The notes under the pieces: generated by a model
Databases searched by the model: none
What the model was told of the DNA's origin: nothing
What the model saw: the letters and a program-made list of their open reading frames with translations, nothing else
DNA from: Octopus vulgaris
Lineage: Eukaryota
Assembly (NCBI GenBank): GCA_951406725.2
Contig: OX597817.1
Span: 176,204,001 to 176,268,000, forward strand
Length of the DNA stretch: 64,000 nucleotides
Reading direction: 5' to 3'
In this document: positions 27,913-40,545 of the stretch, piece after piece
Layout of the letters: each line of letters opens with the position of its first letter
How positions within the stretch are numbered: the stretch's first letter is position 1
Position numbers and translations under genes: made by a program

Positions 27913-28113
27913 ATGTGTATGTATGGGTATGTGTATCAGTGTATATGTATATATGTATGTGTGTGTGTATGTATATGTATGTATATGTGTATATATGTAC
28001 GCGTATATGTGTATATATATATATATGTATATATATATATGTGTATATGTGTGTGTACGTATGTGTATGTGTATGTATGTGTATGTATGTCTATGTATGT
28101 ATATGTATGTGTA

Positions 28114-28165
<52 letters not shown>

Positions 28166-28444
28166 TGCGTGTGTGTATGTATGCATATATGTATGTATGC
28201 ATGTATATGTGTATGTATATATATGTGTGTAAGTGTGTGCATATATGTATTTGTAAGTATGTGTGCGCGTATGAGTATGTATGTATGCTTGCACACGTGT
28301 ATATATATATGTGTGTGTGTGTATTTATATGGATGCGCGTGCGTGTGTGCACGTGTATGGGTACGCATGTATATGTGTATGTGCGTGTATGCGTATACGT
28401 GTATGTACGTATGTGTGTGCGTAGATTTGTATATGTATGTGTGA

Positions 28445-28485
<41 letters not shown>

Positions 28486-28691
28486 TGGGTGTGTGTATGC
28501 GTATAAATGCATGTAAGTATGGATGTATAGATGTATGTATGTATGTATACGTATGTATGTGTGTATGTGTGTATGTATATATATGTGTGTGTATATATGT
28601 TTGTGTATGTATATATATGTGTATGTATGTGTGTGTATGTGTATGTGTGTATGTGTATGTATGTGTATATATATATGTATGTATATGTATA

Positions 28692-28733
<42 letters not shown>

Positions 28734-29192
28734 TATGTATCTGTATGTAGGAGTATATATGTGTGTGTGTGTATGTATATGCGGGTATATATATATATAT
28801 ATATATGTATATTTATTGGTGTATATGTATAGACTAGCCTCCTAAAGTGTAGACACGAATCTGTAGGTACGAGTACGTATGTGTATATACGTGAACGTAT
28901 GTAGATGTTTGTATGTATGAATATAACGCGTGCGTACGTGTATGTGTATGAGTGTACGAATGGGTGAATGTACGTGCTAATGAGTGTGCGTGCGGGAATG
29001 AGTACTTGCCTTCTAGTAGACAGACAAACGGACAAGCAGCTATTGCCAGGATTCTTAGCCCTAGCGATCAAAGATAACAAAAGTAATAAATGAAGATAAT
29101 AAAATTAAAATTAGGGAATGGGCCTGTATTGGATTGTATATATATATATATGTATATGTATATTTGTATGTATGTATGTGTGTATGTGTAGG

Positions 29193-29241
<49 letters not shown>

Positions 29242-29698
29242 AGATATATGTGTATGTGCGTATGTGTGTGTAGATACGTATACATGTGTGTGTAGGTATA
29301 AGTGAGAATCTCCTTATTTACCTATAACTCTATCCCCCCTTTTTTTTATATATATATTTTATATATATATTTTATATATATATTTTTTTATATATTTTTT
29401 TATATATATTTTTATATATATTTTATATTTTTTTATATTTTTTATATTTTTTATATTTTTTATTTTTATTCTTTTATTTTATCTTTTTATTTTTTTATTT
29501 TTTATTTTTTTATTTTTTTATTACCTTGACCACTCCCCCAAGTATGATATTTTGCGCTATGCCTACCCCCAAAAAGTCCCCCACCACCACTCCTCTAAAT
29601 GTATAAATGCTAATACAATTCTTGTTAAATAGCTTCCTGAAGATTTCTCTTGAATGAAACAGTACTAGTCCTGTAGAAGCTCCTTCTATATAATAAAT
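27913..29698. repeat. Right arm of the 1.8-kb inverted repeat
   Basis: Reverse complement of 22447-24229, differing mainly in microsatellite lengths. Confidence 0.95.
29631..29681 (+). ncRNA. Type I hammerhead ribozyme (inverted pLTR arm)
   Basis: agcttc ctgaaga tttctcttgaat gaaacag tactagtc ctgta gaagct, read directly on the + strand. Confidence 0.85.
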
Positions 29699-29767
29699 AT
29701 ATATATATATATATATATATACTTTATTAAAAAGCAGCAAATATATATATATGTATGTATGTGTGTG

Positions 29768-29798
<31 letters not shown>

Positions 29799-29799
<1 letters not shown>

Positions 29800-30050
29800 G
29801 AGGTGCGTAGCTTAGTGGTTAGGGTGTCAGCATCATGATCGTTAGATTGTGGTTTCGATTCCTGGACCGGGCGACACATTGTGTTCTTGAGCAAAACACT
29901 TCATTTCATGTTGCTCCAGTCCACTCAGCTGGCAAAAATGAGTAACGCTGCGATGGACTAATGTCCCCTCCAGCTGCGGAACACATACACCATAGAAACT
30001 GGATAACTGGGCCCATGAGCCTGGCTAGGCTTTAGAAGGGTGCATTTATT
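29799..30050 (+). mobile_element. tRNA-derived SINE (family A)
   Basis: High similarity to 5594-5842. Confidence 0.8.
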
Positions 30051-30059
30051 TATTATTTT

Positions 30060-30119
<60 letters not shown>

Positions 30120-31120
30120 TGTATATATATCGTCTGTATATCATAAGATGCATGTATTACCAAAGCTGGAAAACTATGCTGTTCATTTTGAGAAAGTGTA
30201 TCAGTAGCAAGCATAAAGCATTGATGGGTCCCTTTTCAATTTCTGTCTACCAAATCCATTCACAATGCTTTAGTCATCCTGGAGCTATAGTACAAAACAC
30301 TTGCTCAAGGACTGGAACTGAAACCCTGTATTTGAGAAGTGAAGTTCTTAACCACACATCCACACCAGTACTCACTACAGTTGTGAAAATAACCTGAAAA
30401 TACCCTGCGTTGCTTGGTATGCAAGTTTGATCTCAGTCAGTCACTTTAACAGCGTTAAAGCAATTTTAACTCATAAAACAGTTTTTGATTTAGACACAGG
30501 GCCAACAATATTAATGGAAACAGGATTGGCTGATACCACCAAACCAAATAACTGATGCATGAAAGCATTTAAAAATCATGCCGAAATCAGTAGTACCATC
30601 AATAAATCTACAACTTTGTTCTTCATACACATGTTAATAGTAATTGAGTTAGATACTGTCACCATTGTCTGAGAAGTGAATGCAAATACCATTGAGGACT
30701 AAACAGAAAAGCAAGATTTTACAGCTTCTGGATTTGGGTGAAAATGCATCAGGAGATTGCACAAGTATACCATCTTTTATCTATTGAATGTCATAGAGAC
30801 TGTAAACTTGCATTGATTTGATTCTTCTTTCTTTTTTTTCATTTTGGACATGATTATTTTATATTATGTGTTTGATTTTATAAGATCAGTTATCTGATCA
30901 TAAAACTCCCCAGTCTCAGCAGTTTCCGACTGTACTAACTATTAGTTACTAATATATATATCCATCTATTGATCTATCTCTCTGTCTGTCTATCCATCCA
31001 TTCATCTGTCTGTCCACCTGTCTGTTTATCTGCCTCTGTATCTGTCTGTTTGTCTATCTTTAGACATATAAACCTAAGACTATTATACTATATGTGTACC
31101 TAGTTGTAGCAAAATATATG

Positions 31121-31336
31121 CGAGGTACTGAAAAGTTCCTGGCTTTAAGGATATCATGAAAGGCCTGGTTGGAGGCCCAACCTTCCAAGTTCTTTTGCAG
31201 GGCTTAAGCAAATTGAATGGCTGCTACAATAATAAGTGTATGAATCTGAAAAGGGGATATGTTGAATAAAACCATAATTAACTAATCCTCTTGTATTTTG
31301 TTTTACCCAAAATCAGGAACTTTTCAGTACACCCTC

Positions 31337-31337
<1 letters not shown>
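31121..31337. mobile_element. Mariner-type MITE
   Basis: TIRs 'gtactgaaaagttcctg' / 'caggaacttttcagtac'. An opposite-orientation copy is at 42104-42323. Confidence 0.75.
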
Positions 31338-31404
<67 letters not shown>

Positions 31405-31464
31405 TGTATATATATATATGTATATATATATATGTATGTATATATATATGTATATATATGTGTG

Positions 31465-31500
<36 letters not shown>

Positions 31501-31534
31501 TACATATGTGTTTGTATGTATGTGTGTGTGCATA

Positions 31535-31900
31535 TCTCTATATATAAAACTGAAATACGTTTTTACCGCTTGGATCGCTTTCAATGCCACTACATCCCGT
31601 CCGATTCACTCCAAAATTTACAGGGACATGTAGAATGAGGTGACGATGCTCGTGGGCTACCTTAGAAATCCCTAGCTTAAAAGGTGTGGTTGCTAGGGGC
31701 CATCTTCCTCACTCACACTATTTCCTCCTATCCCTCACTTACTCCCCTTCATTAATAACTTTGAGAATGCCACTCCCGTTATTTAATGTATTCCCCTCAA
31801 CTCCCTTTCACTTTCCCTTTATAAGTTCGTCAGGCGGCTTTCTTTGATGTATCTGTTTGCATTTATAGGGAGAATTATCATCGCTACCAACAACACACAA
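31535..31900 (+). mobile_element. Possible non-autonomous Helitron-like 5' end
   Basis: Begins TCTCTATATATAAAAC, followed by 'ccgattcactccaaaattt', similar to the minus-strand element ending at 46509. The 3' end was not identified. Confidence 0.35.
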
Positions 31901-31949
31901 TCATGAGAACAAATATTATGAATCAGATATTCTTGCGTTCATTTATATG

Positions 31950-32178
31950 TGTATGTGTGTGTTCTATATATAAATATGTATATATAATGTATGTGTGTGT
32001 GTGTGTTCTATATATAAATATGTATATATAATGTATGTGTGTGTGTGTGTGTGTTCTATATATAAATATATATATATAATGTATGTGTGTGTGTGTGTGT
32101 TCTATATATAAATATGTATATATAATGTATGTGTGAGTGTGTGTGTTCTATATATAAATATGCATATATAATGTATAT
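31950..32178. repeat. Minisatellite of about 5 units of (GT)n-TTCTATATATAAATATGTATATATAATGTAT
   Basis: Tandem units of about 44-48 bp are directly visible. Confidence 0.85.
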
Positions 32179-33324
32179 ATACAAAGTGTATATATCTTTA
32201 TTTATGTATATTAAACATTTTCATACTTTTTCATAGTTATATATATTTTTAAACAAATTATAAATATAATTTGATAATTTTAATTTTCAATTTAAATAAT
32301 TTAAATTTTTCAATCTTATATTTTATATATTTTCTATATTATATATTTTTTTTAATGTTTTTGTTTTTGGTTTTTCACTGTTTGATTTGCCTACTAGTGG
32401 TTTTATCTCTAATTTAATTTATACAGATATATATCTCATTTGTATACATTTGCATATATAATGCGTGCACACACACACACACACATATATATATACACAT
32501 ATATATATATAATGTGTGCATTACGTAGTCGGTCGATTCAGCTGAAAATATGCACACCTATGTTAAAAGTGCTGGCAAGTTTGCATGACAACTATTTTTT
32601 TCCTCAAATGAAAGGTGTCACCTCTAGGACAAAATTCCTCATCTTATAAAATGTGGCCCCAGTAGACCCGAATGAAATCGGGTTATATTAACCAAAATGT
32701 GAAAAGGGGTCTAAATGGGGCTGGAAGGGGATTAAAATTTCAAGGAGCGGGTGTTTAGGAATTCTCTGTTACATCAAGCTAAAACATTTGCGCCAGCCTT
32801 TTAATCGTCAATGTGTTGCCGTCCATGATAAAGAAGTTTTGAATGCTTGCCATGGTGAGTCTACTGTCGTGAGAAAGAATCACTTCAAAACTTGGTGTTT
32901 ACGAATTTTCTTTTACATCAAGTTCAAAATTTTACGCCAGCCGTTAAAATGTCAATACGTTGTTGTCCGTCGTTAAGAAATGCCAGCCATGGTGACTCTA
33001 CTATCCTCAGATTCTATCTCTTCAAACTTTGGTTTCCAATATTTTATTATTTTTATTCAGCTCGCAAGTTCGTCTGTCTCTTTTAAATGTTAGCGTTTTG
33101 CTGTCTGCCTTGAAGCAGACCTTTCCATTGCCACTGCCTCATATTTCTGATTGATCTTTCTAAATATTTTATTTCTCAACTTACTCAAGATCTTCTGTTG
33201 TTTATAAATGGGATAGAGATAGATAAAGATAGAGAGTAAGAGAAAGCGAGGGAGAGTCCGAGAGAAAAGAAAAGTAAGAGAGTGGGAAAGTGAGAGAGAA
33301 AGGAGAGAGAAACAAATACGGAGA

Positions 33325-33635
33325 ATCATCATCATCATCATCGTTTAACGTCCGTTTTCCGTGCTAGCACGGGTTGGACAGTGTGACCGGGGTCTGGGAA
33401 GCCAGGAGGCTGCACCAGGATCCAGTCTGATCTGGCAGTGTTTCTACAGGTGGATGACCTTCCTAACGCCAACCACTCTGTGAGTGTAGTGGGTGCTTTT
33501 TTCGTGCCGCCGGAACAGGTGTCAGGGGGGCTCGCAGCAGCAACGATCAGTTGGTGCTTTTTACGTGCCACCGGCACAGAAGCAAGTCAAGGCGGTGCTG
33601 CAATCGGCCACGTTCGGATGGTGCTTTTTACGTGC
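33325..33635 (-). mobile_element. Short RTE 3'-UTR copy
   Basis: (CAT)n-cgtttaacgtccg...ttcctaacgccaaccactc, matching the 3' end of the RTE LINEs. Similar pieces at about 37259, 39081-39455 (+), 40803, 53600-53975 (+) and 54306-54513 (+). Confidence 0.8.
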
Positions 33636-34052
33636 TGAAAGGAAGCAACAGAAAGTAACAACCACACTCTTACCCGCGCATAGAGCGGGTCACCTTCAGC
33701 TAGTATATATATATATACATATTGACATATATATATGTATATATATGTATACATATGTATGTGCATATATATCTGTCTGTCTGTGTCATTGTGTCTGTGT
33801 TGGTCTCCCACCACTGCAACACAACCAGTATCGGTGTGTTTACATTCCCATAACCTAGCAGTTCAGCAAAATAGACCAAAAAAATAAGTACTGGGATCGA
33901 TTGATTCGATTTAAGATTCTTCTAATGACTGGAACAAGTGAAAGATAAAAGATAGAAGATATATGTATATATATATATATATAAGCATCTATGTATCATA
34001 CTAAATGTACATACACCAATGAAAGGCATGTTGTTGGGAAAAGCACATTATA

Positions 34053-34615
34053 TTGGGTTGTCCGGAAAGTTTGTGCTGATTTATAGCAGCTTACCTTTCG
34101 ACTTATTTTAGAACATGGTTGAGTCCATAAAATAGGATTTGACTACATATCTATTCAGAGCACAGTTTAAACTATCTTTTCATAGAAGAAAGTTTATGTT
34201 CCTATAAACTGTGTTAATTCTGTAACCCTTTAAAATGGAAGATAAAGTTAATTTCCAGCACTTGATGCTTTGGGAACCAGACAAAAATTGCTGCAGCTCG
34301 GCTGGGATGTGTTACCCCACTCTCCATATTCACCAGATATTGCTCCTTCAGATTTCCACATATTCAGGTCTCTGCAGAATAGTCTTAATGGTAAAAATTT
34401 CAATTCCTTGGATGACGTAAAAAGATACCTTGATGAACTGTTTGCCATGAAACCACCTCAATTCTGGGAAGAGGATATTTTCAAGTTAAAGGAAAGATGG
34501 AGACGCATTGTGCAACAAAATGGTTCATATTTGGTTGATTATAAATGTAATGGCAAGTATTTATTGCCCTTTTTCTTTCTTTTAAAAATCGGCACGAACT
34601 TTCCAGACAACCCAA
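34053..34615 (+). mobile_element. Internally deleted mariner element
   Basis: TA|TTGGGTTGTCCGGAAAGTT...AACTTTCCAGACAACCCAA|TA. ORF 34270 has WDVLPHSPYSPDIAPSDFHIF and KLKERW, a mariner DD34D C-terminus. Confidence 0.9.
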
Positions 34616-35583
34616 TATATTGAAGCAAGAAGAACACCAGACATTTGGTATTGTCACAAGTCACTGCTGCTGCATATTTCACTCTATTTGGGCTTTGTCA
34701 CCTATTTGTTACTTGCTACGGTGAAATTTGTGCTTTGATGTATAAGAAACACTAAATAATATATTCATTGGTATTGTGGAAAGCTTGCCAGGGTCTGAGA
34801 TTTTTTACAGTCAGGTAAGTTTTCCTGTATATATATATAGAAGCATGGATTTCATTTCAACAAGTAACACATGTACAGGTGCACTACCTCAACAAAAGCA
34901 AAACCTGTCTCTCGCTCTCATGAGTCACAGCAGCAATGATGTTCATCTCAGTATAATATATATTATGTTTTTAACATAAGTCTATGAAGAGATTTTATCT
35001 CAATTCCACAGTGTTATGCCTTCTAACAGTGTTTATATATTTAGTATGGCACAGAGATGGAGAGTTATATTTAATGCTGTTTAAATCGCATTCATCCAGA
35101 TAAGTGTGCATATATATATATATGAGTATGTGTATATGTATGTATGTATGTATGTATGTATATGTATGGTATATATATGTATGTATGTATATGTATGTAT
35201 ATATATATATGTATGTATGTATGTATATATATGTATGTATATATGTATCTATGTATATATATGTATCTATGTATATATATATGTATATATATATATGTGT
35301 GTGTGTGTGTGTAGATATATATATATATATACATACATATATATATGTAGATATATATATATATATTTAGATAGATATATGCTTGTGTATGCACAGATGT
35401 GTGTATCTTTGTATCTACATATAAGTTTTGTATATGTACATATATATATATCTATATATCTATATCTATATGTATGTGTGATGATGATGATAAAAGATCA
35501 TGGGTAAGGCTAGAACAATGCAAAGTAAATGAAAGGCAAATCACAAGAAAACAAATATATGAATTAATGTAGACTTACCTTGT

Positions 35584-35621
35584 ATTCAATATTTCGGGGT
35601 TATGACCCCATTTTCAAGAAA
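35584..35621 (-). ncRNA. Candidate minimal hammerhead with U3-A8 core
   Basis: UUUC-UUGAAAA-U-GGGG-UCAUAA-CCCC-GAAAUAUU-GAAU, with a palindromic AAUAUU loop III. Stem I is only 3 bp. Confidence 0.4.
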
Positions 35622-35667
35622 TTAATGAATGTTGCCAATGTGCGTGCATGTGAGCATATATGTATAT

Positions 35668-36500
35668 GCAGGCTGCAGTGAATAAACTGTCGTCTAAATT
35701 ACGCAAAAAGGAAAATAAACCTGGCATCTCATTTTAACAGATACATTTACCAAAATTACATAAAAATATCTTGAAATACTAAAGAGTTAATTTATTCAAT
35801 AAAATCAATATTGGTTTTAGCCTTCAGACAACTTTGGAGTCTCCTGCACATCTTCTGGATGGTCTCCTTGTTTAAGTTGGTGAATGCTGCCATAATCTTG
35901 TCTTCAATTCATCTTTTTGTATGCATAACACTTGGAACTTCAGAAGGGTTTGCATATAACCATGTCATTTCTTCTGTTAACTTTTTGATCTTGATCAAAG
36001 TTTTTCTCATTTGAGAAAACCCAAATCAGATTTTCTGCTGGATTATTCAGGTTGCTTAAGAACCTTTTAGATCTGATGTAGTGATTTTCTTTTGGGTTTT
36101 TTTCTGACAAATTGACATTTCCTCATCATATAAGACATATCTGATGTCTTCGTGGACAACATTTCTGACAATTCCTCTGACACTTGGAGATCTTTTGCAA
36201 TTGACCTCATGGACTTTCTGGGATTGTAATCAATGGTCTGTTGAACTTGCTGGATAAATTCAAGTGTTCTGATGATTTCAGAACATTTAGAATACTTTTT
36301 AAGCTTTGAGGCTTTGATGATAGGTTTCCACCTTCAGTCTCTAACTCCTTACAAACTTTGTAGATGAAAGATCTGTCAACTTTTAAAAATTGAGATATTT
36401 CTAAATCGCTCTGCTCAGTCTTTATAACCACAATAACAACATGCCTCTTCATTTCTTAAGTAAGCTGAGGGCCTGCCTTTATTATTTTCTGCAACAAAGA
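35668..36500 (-). mobile_element. Decayed maT/Tc1-mariner copy related to 15572-16478
   Basis: Shares about 240 bp of terminal sequence ('ttaacagatacatttaccaaaattacat...ttgtttaagttggtgaatgctgccataatc'). ORF 36207..36452 is HTH-like. Confidence 0.65.
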
Positions 36501-37199
36501 TTATACAGAGTTAGCAAAAAATGCAGCAATGTCCCCAAAAAAGGTATGTCTTCAAATACATTACATACATGTGGATGTGTGTATATATCTTTTAAATATT
36601 ACTTGTTTCACTCAGTAGACTGTGGCCATGCTGGCGCACTGCCTCAAAGAAATTTAGTCTAATGAATCAATCCCAGTGCTATTTTTTTAAAACCTGGTAT
36701 TTATTCTATCAGTCTCTTTTGTTGGACCACTAAGTTACAGGGTAGTAAACACCAACGCAGGTTGTCAAACAGTGGTGGGGAGACAAACGCAAAAACACAC
36801 ACACACACACACACAAATATATGGCAGGCACTTTTCAGTTTACATCTACCAAATACACTCACAAGGTTTTCCTCGGATTGAAGGCTATAGTAAAAGACAC
36901 TTATTCAAGATGCCACACAGTGGGACTGAACTTGGAACCATGTGGTCAGGAAGCAAACTTCTTACCTCACAGCTACATATATATATCATCATCATCATCA
37001 TTTCATATCTGCTTTCCATGCTGGCATGGGTTAGACAGTTTGATTGAAACTGATAAGCTGGAGAGCTGCACCAGTCCTTAGTCTGATTTGGCATGGTTTC
37101 TACAGCTGGATGCCATGCCAAATACCCTTCCTAATGCCAATATATGTATATATATATCATGATTTCATTTATATGTGTGTGTATATATGTATGTATATG

Positions 37200-37255
<56 letters not shown>

Positions 37256-37454
37256 TATCATCATCATCATCATCATCGTTTAACGTCCGTTCTCCATGCT
37301 AGCATGGGTTGGACGGTTCAACCGGGGATCTGGGAAGCCAGAAGGCTGCACCAGGCTCCAGTCTTATCTGGCAGTGTTTCTACAGCTGGATGCCCTTCCT
37401 AACGCCAACCACTCCGTGAGTGTAGTTCTATATATATATATATGTATGTATATA

Positions 37455-39068
37455 TCATCATCATCATCATCATCATCGTTTAATGTCCGTTTTCCGCGCT
37501 AGCACGAGTTGGACGGTTCGACCGGGGTCTGGGAAGCCAGGGGCTGCACCAGGCTCCAGTCTGATCTGGCAGAGTTTCTACAGCTGGATGCCCTTCCTAA
37601 CGCCAACCACTCCGCGAGTGTAGTGGGTGCTTTTTACGTGCCACCTGCACAGGTGCCAGGGGGGTCCGGCATTGGCCACGATCGGTTGGAGCTTTTAACG
37701 TGCCACCGGCACGGAAGCCGGCCACCACGGAGCTGGCAACAGCCACATTCGGATGGTGCTTTTTATGTGCCACCGGCACAGAGGCCGGTCGGGGTGGCGC
37801 TGGCATCGGCCACGTTCTGATGGTGCTTTTTATGTGCCACCGGCACAGGTATCACAACTACTATTTCCATTGATATCTATTTCGATGTTCATGTTCATGT
37901 ACTTGACTCAACAGGTCTCCTCAAGCACAGCGGGACGTTCTGGGATCCTGGGTACTTTGAGTGGGCAGGGGGCTATGCGGAACTGGTGCAGGAAGCAGCC
38001 CGGGTCTTTGCAGTCACGGCATATCTCCAGAGATCTCGGTCCTTCGCCATTGCCTCAGTGAGGCCCAACGCTCTGAGGTCATGCTTGACTACCTCATCCC
38101 ATGTCTTCCTGGGTCTACCTCTCCCCCTGATACCTTCAACTGTTTGGGAGTGGCACTTCTTCACACATCTCTCCTCATCCATCCGCAGTACATGACCATA
38201 CCATCGCAAGCGTCGCTCTTGCACACCACATCTGATGCTTCTTATGTCCAGCATTTCTCTCAGGGTGCTTACACTCTGTCGTGCGTGCACACTGACATTA
38301 CACATCCAGCAGATCATGCTAGCTTCATTTCTTTCAAGTCTACGCATGTCCTCTGCAGTCACAGCCCATGTTTCACTACCGTGAAGCATGGCAGTTTGCA
38401 CACATGCATCATACAATCTACCTTTCACTCTGAGTGAGAGACCCTTTGTTACCAGTAGGGGTAGGAGCTTTCTGAACTTTGCCCAGGCTATTCGTATTCT
38501 AGTGGTGATACTCTCTGAGCATCCACCTCCACTACTAACTTGGTCACCCAGGTAGCGGAAACTATCAACTACTTCTAGTTTCTCCCCCTGGAGTGTGATG
38601 GAATCTGTTTTCTGAGTGTCTGTGGTGTCTATTGTCCCTGTGCATCTGCCGCACATGAAAGCTATCTTATCAGTTAATTTCCCTTTGATGTTGCTGCACC
38701 TCTTATGCGTCCATAGCTTACACTGGGTGCATCTTATGGAGTTTCTACCTACACCTTTCCTACAGATTGAGCAGGGCCACCTGCCCAAGGGTGTGTGTGC
38801 TGAGTTCGCCTTTCTGCTTACTATAACTTTGGTCTTTGCTACATTTACTCTAAGGCCCTTTGATTCTAACCCTTGCTTCCACACTCGAAATTTCTTTTCT
38901 AGTTCCGGTAGTGATTCTGCTATGAGAGCCAGGTCATCAGCATAGAGGAGCTCCCAGGGGCAACCTGTTTTGAATTCCTCTGTTATTGCCTGGAGGACTA
39001 TGATGAATGAAAGGGGACTGAGGGCTGAGCCTTGGTGTACACCTACTTCTACCAGGAATTCTTCATTA
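37455..39068 (-). mobile_element. RTE-type LINE, 5'-truncated
   Basis: ORF 37973..39139 contains GVHQG, LYADD, a PHD-like C4HC3 finger, FRYLG and RGRPRKTW. It has a (GAT)n tail. Confidence 0.9.
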
Positions 39069-39453
39069 TATATATATAAAGACTGAGACCTCTGAGATAT
39101 GCTGTGACTGTGAAGACCCGACAAATGAAGTGAGTTCATGGCTCACAGGACAGCCTGGATCGTAGAGTGATTCACTGTTCTTGAGGAGACCTATTGAGTC
39201 AAGTACATCAATACCAACATCAAAATGAAGATCAAATGGAAATTGTAGGTAAGATACCCACGCCAGTGGCACGTAAAAAGCACCCACTACACTCATGGAG
39301 TGGTTGGCGTTCGGAAGGGCATCCAGCTGTACAAACACTGCTAGATCAGACTGGAGCCTGGCACAGCCTCCTAGCTTCCCAGACCCTGGTCGAACCAACC
39401 AACCCATACTAGTATGGAAAACGGACATTAAACGATGAAAATGATGATGATGA

Positions 39454-39503
<50 letters not shown>

Positions 39504-39580
39504 AATATTAGGGAATAAATCCAAATTTACAGGGAAAAAAATCAGATTTAGGATTAAATCCAATTTTATAGTAAAATATT

Positions 39581-39823
39581 ATATAATATTAATTAGAGAC
39601 AAAACCACTATTTTGCAAAACAAACAAGGAAAGACTTAATCAATACATAAAATTTTAATAAAAAGTAAAAAAACCACCACTACAATTGTTTCTTGTCCTG
39701 ATCGACAATCTTCAGGTGGATTTCCAATAAGTCAGTTTCAAATTATGAAACTTTTTATTAAAATTTTATGTATTGATTAAGTCTTTCCTTGTTTGTTTTG
39801 CAAAATAGTGGTTTTGTCTCTAA

Positions 39824-39835
<12 letters not shown>
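39581..39835. repeat. About 85-bp inverted repeat enclosing the orphan hammerhead (solo pLTR-like remnant)
   Basis: 39581-39665 is the reverse complement of about 39751-39835. The whole unit is bounded by (TA)n. Confidence 0.85.
39677..39719 (-). ncRNA. Type I hammerhead ribozyme (orphan, canonical core)
   Basis: CCAC-CUGAAGA-UUGUC-GAUCAG-GACAA-GAA-ACAAUUGU-A-GUGG: stem I CCAC/GUGG, stem II UUGUC/GACAA, palindromic stem/loop III ACAAUUGU, GUA site. Confidence 0.85.
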
Positions 39836-39870
<35 letters not shown>

Positions 39871-40425
39871 GATTTCTTTTATATATATATAATGCAAACA
39901 AAACGAGTTATTTGAAAGAAAAATATTAAAATTTAAAAGAAAATTTTTAATTCACAGTCCTACAACAAAACAATATAATGGAAACTATTAACGCTTTCAG
40001 CTGTCATGATATCTCTTTAGTAACACTGTGTTTATGGTAAAGATAGTTATCTATAATGTTAACGTCATGGTAACAGTCTGAATAGCGGACTTGACTACTG
40101 AAAGTGAAACCAGTTTCCATCTAATTATTTATCAGGTCATTTTAATCTTTTGTAAGAATACAAAGAAAAGAAAAATGTTATTTACTTTTCAAATTTTAAT
40201 TTTTTTGTCTCATATATAAAAACTCAAAAACTCGTTTGTACATATATATATATAATTATGTAGGTGTGTGTGTGTGTGTATGCACACACACACACACATA
40301 TATATATATACATAAATATATATATTCTTTTATTTTTTTACTTGTTTCAGTCCTTTCCCTGCAGTCATGCTGGAGCACCACCTTTAGTCAAACAAATCAA
40401 CCCCAGTCAATCAAAAATGTTTTCC

Positions 40426-40492
<67 letters not shown>

Positions 40493-40513
40493 TGTGTGTG
40501 TGTGTGTGTGTGG

Positions 40514-40545
<32 letters not shown>

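Larger units (their letters stand above)
22374..29698 (-). mobile_element. Penelope-like retroelement (Naiad-type) with direct and inverted pseudo-LTRs, in a (TA)n tract
   Basis: RT plus GIY-YIG ORF at 27521-25381. Direct repeat 22374-~22725 matches 27563-27912. Inverted repeat 22447-24229 matches 27913-29698. A hammerhead is present in each repeat. Confidence 0.92.

Noticed and set aside
31805-31838. Minus-strand CUGACGA-ACUU..AAGU-GAAA
   Set aside because: Core and stem II are present but no stem III/UH/stem I pairing was found.
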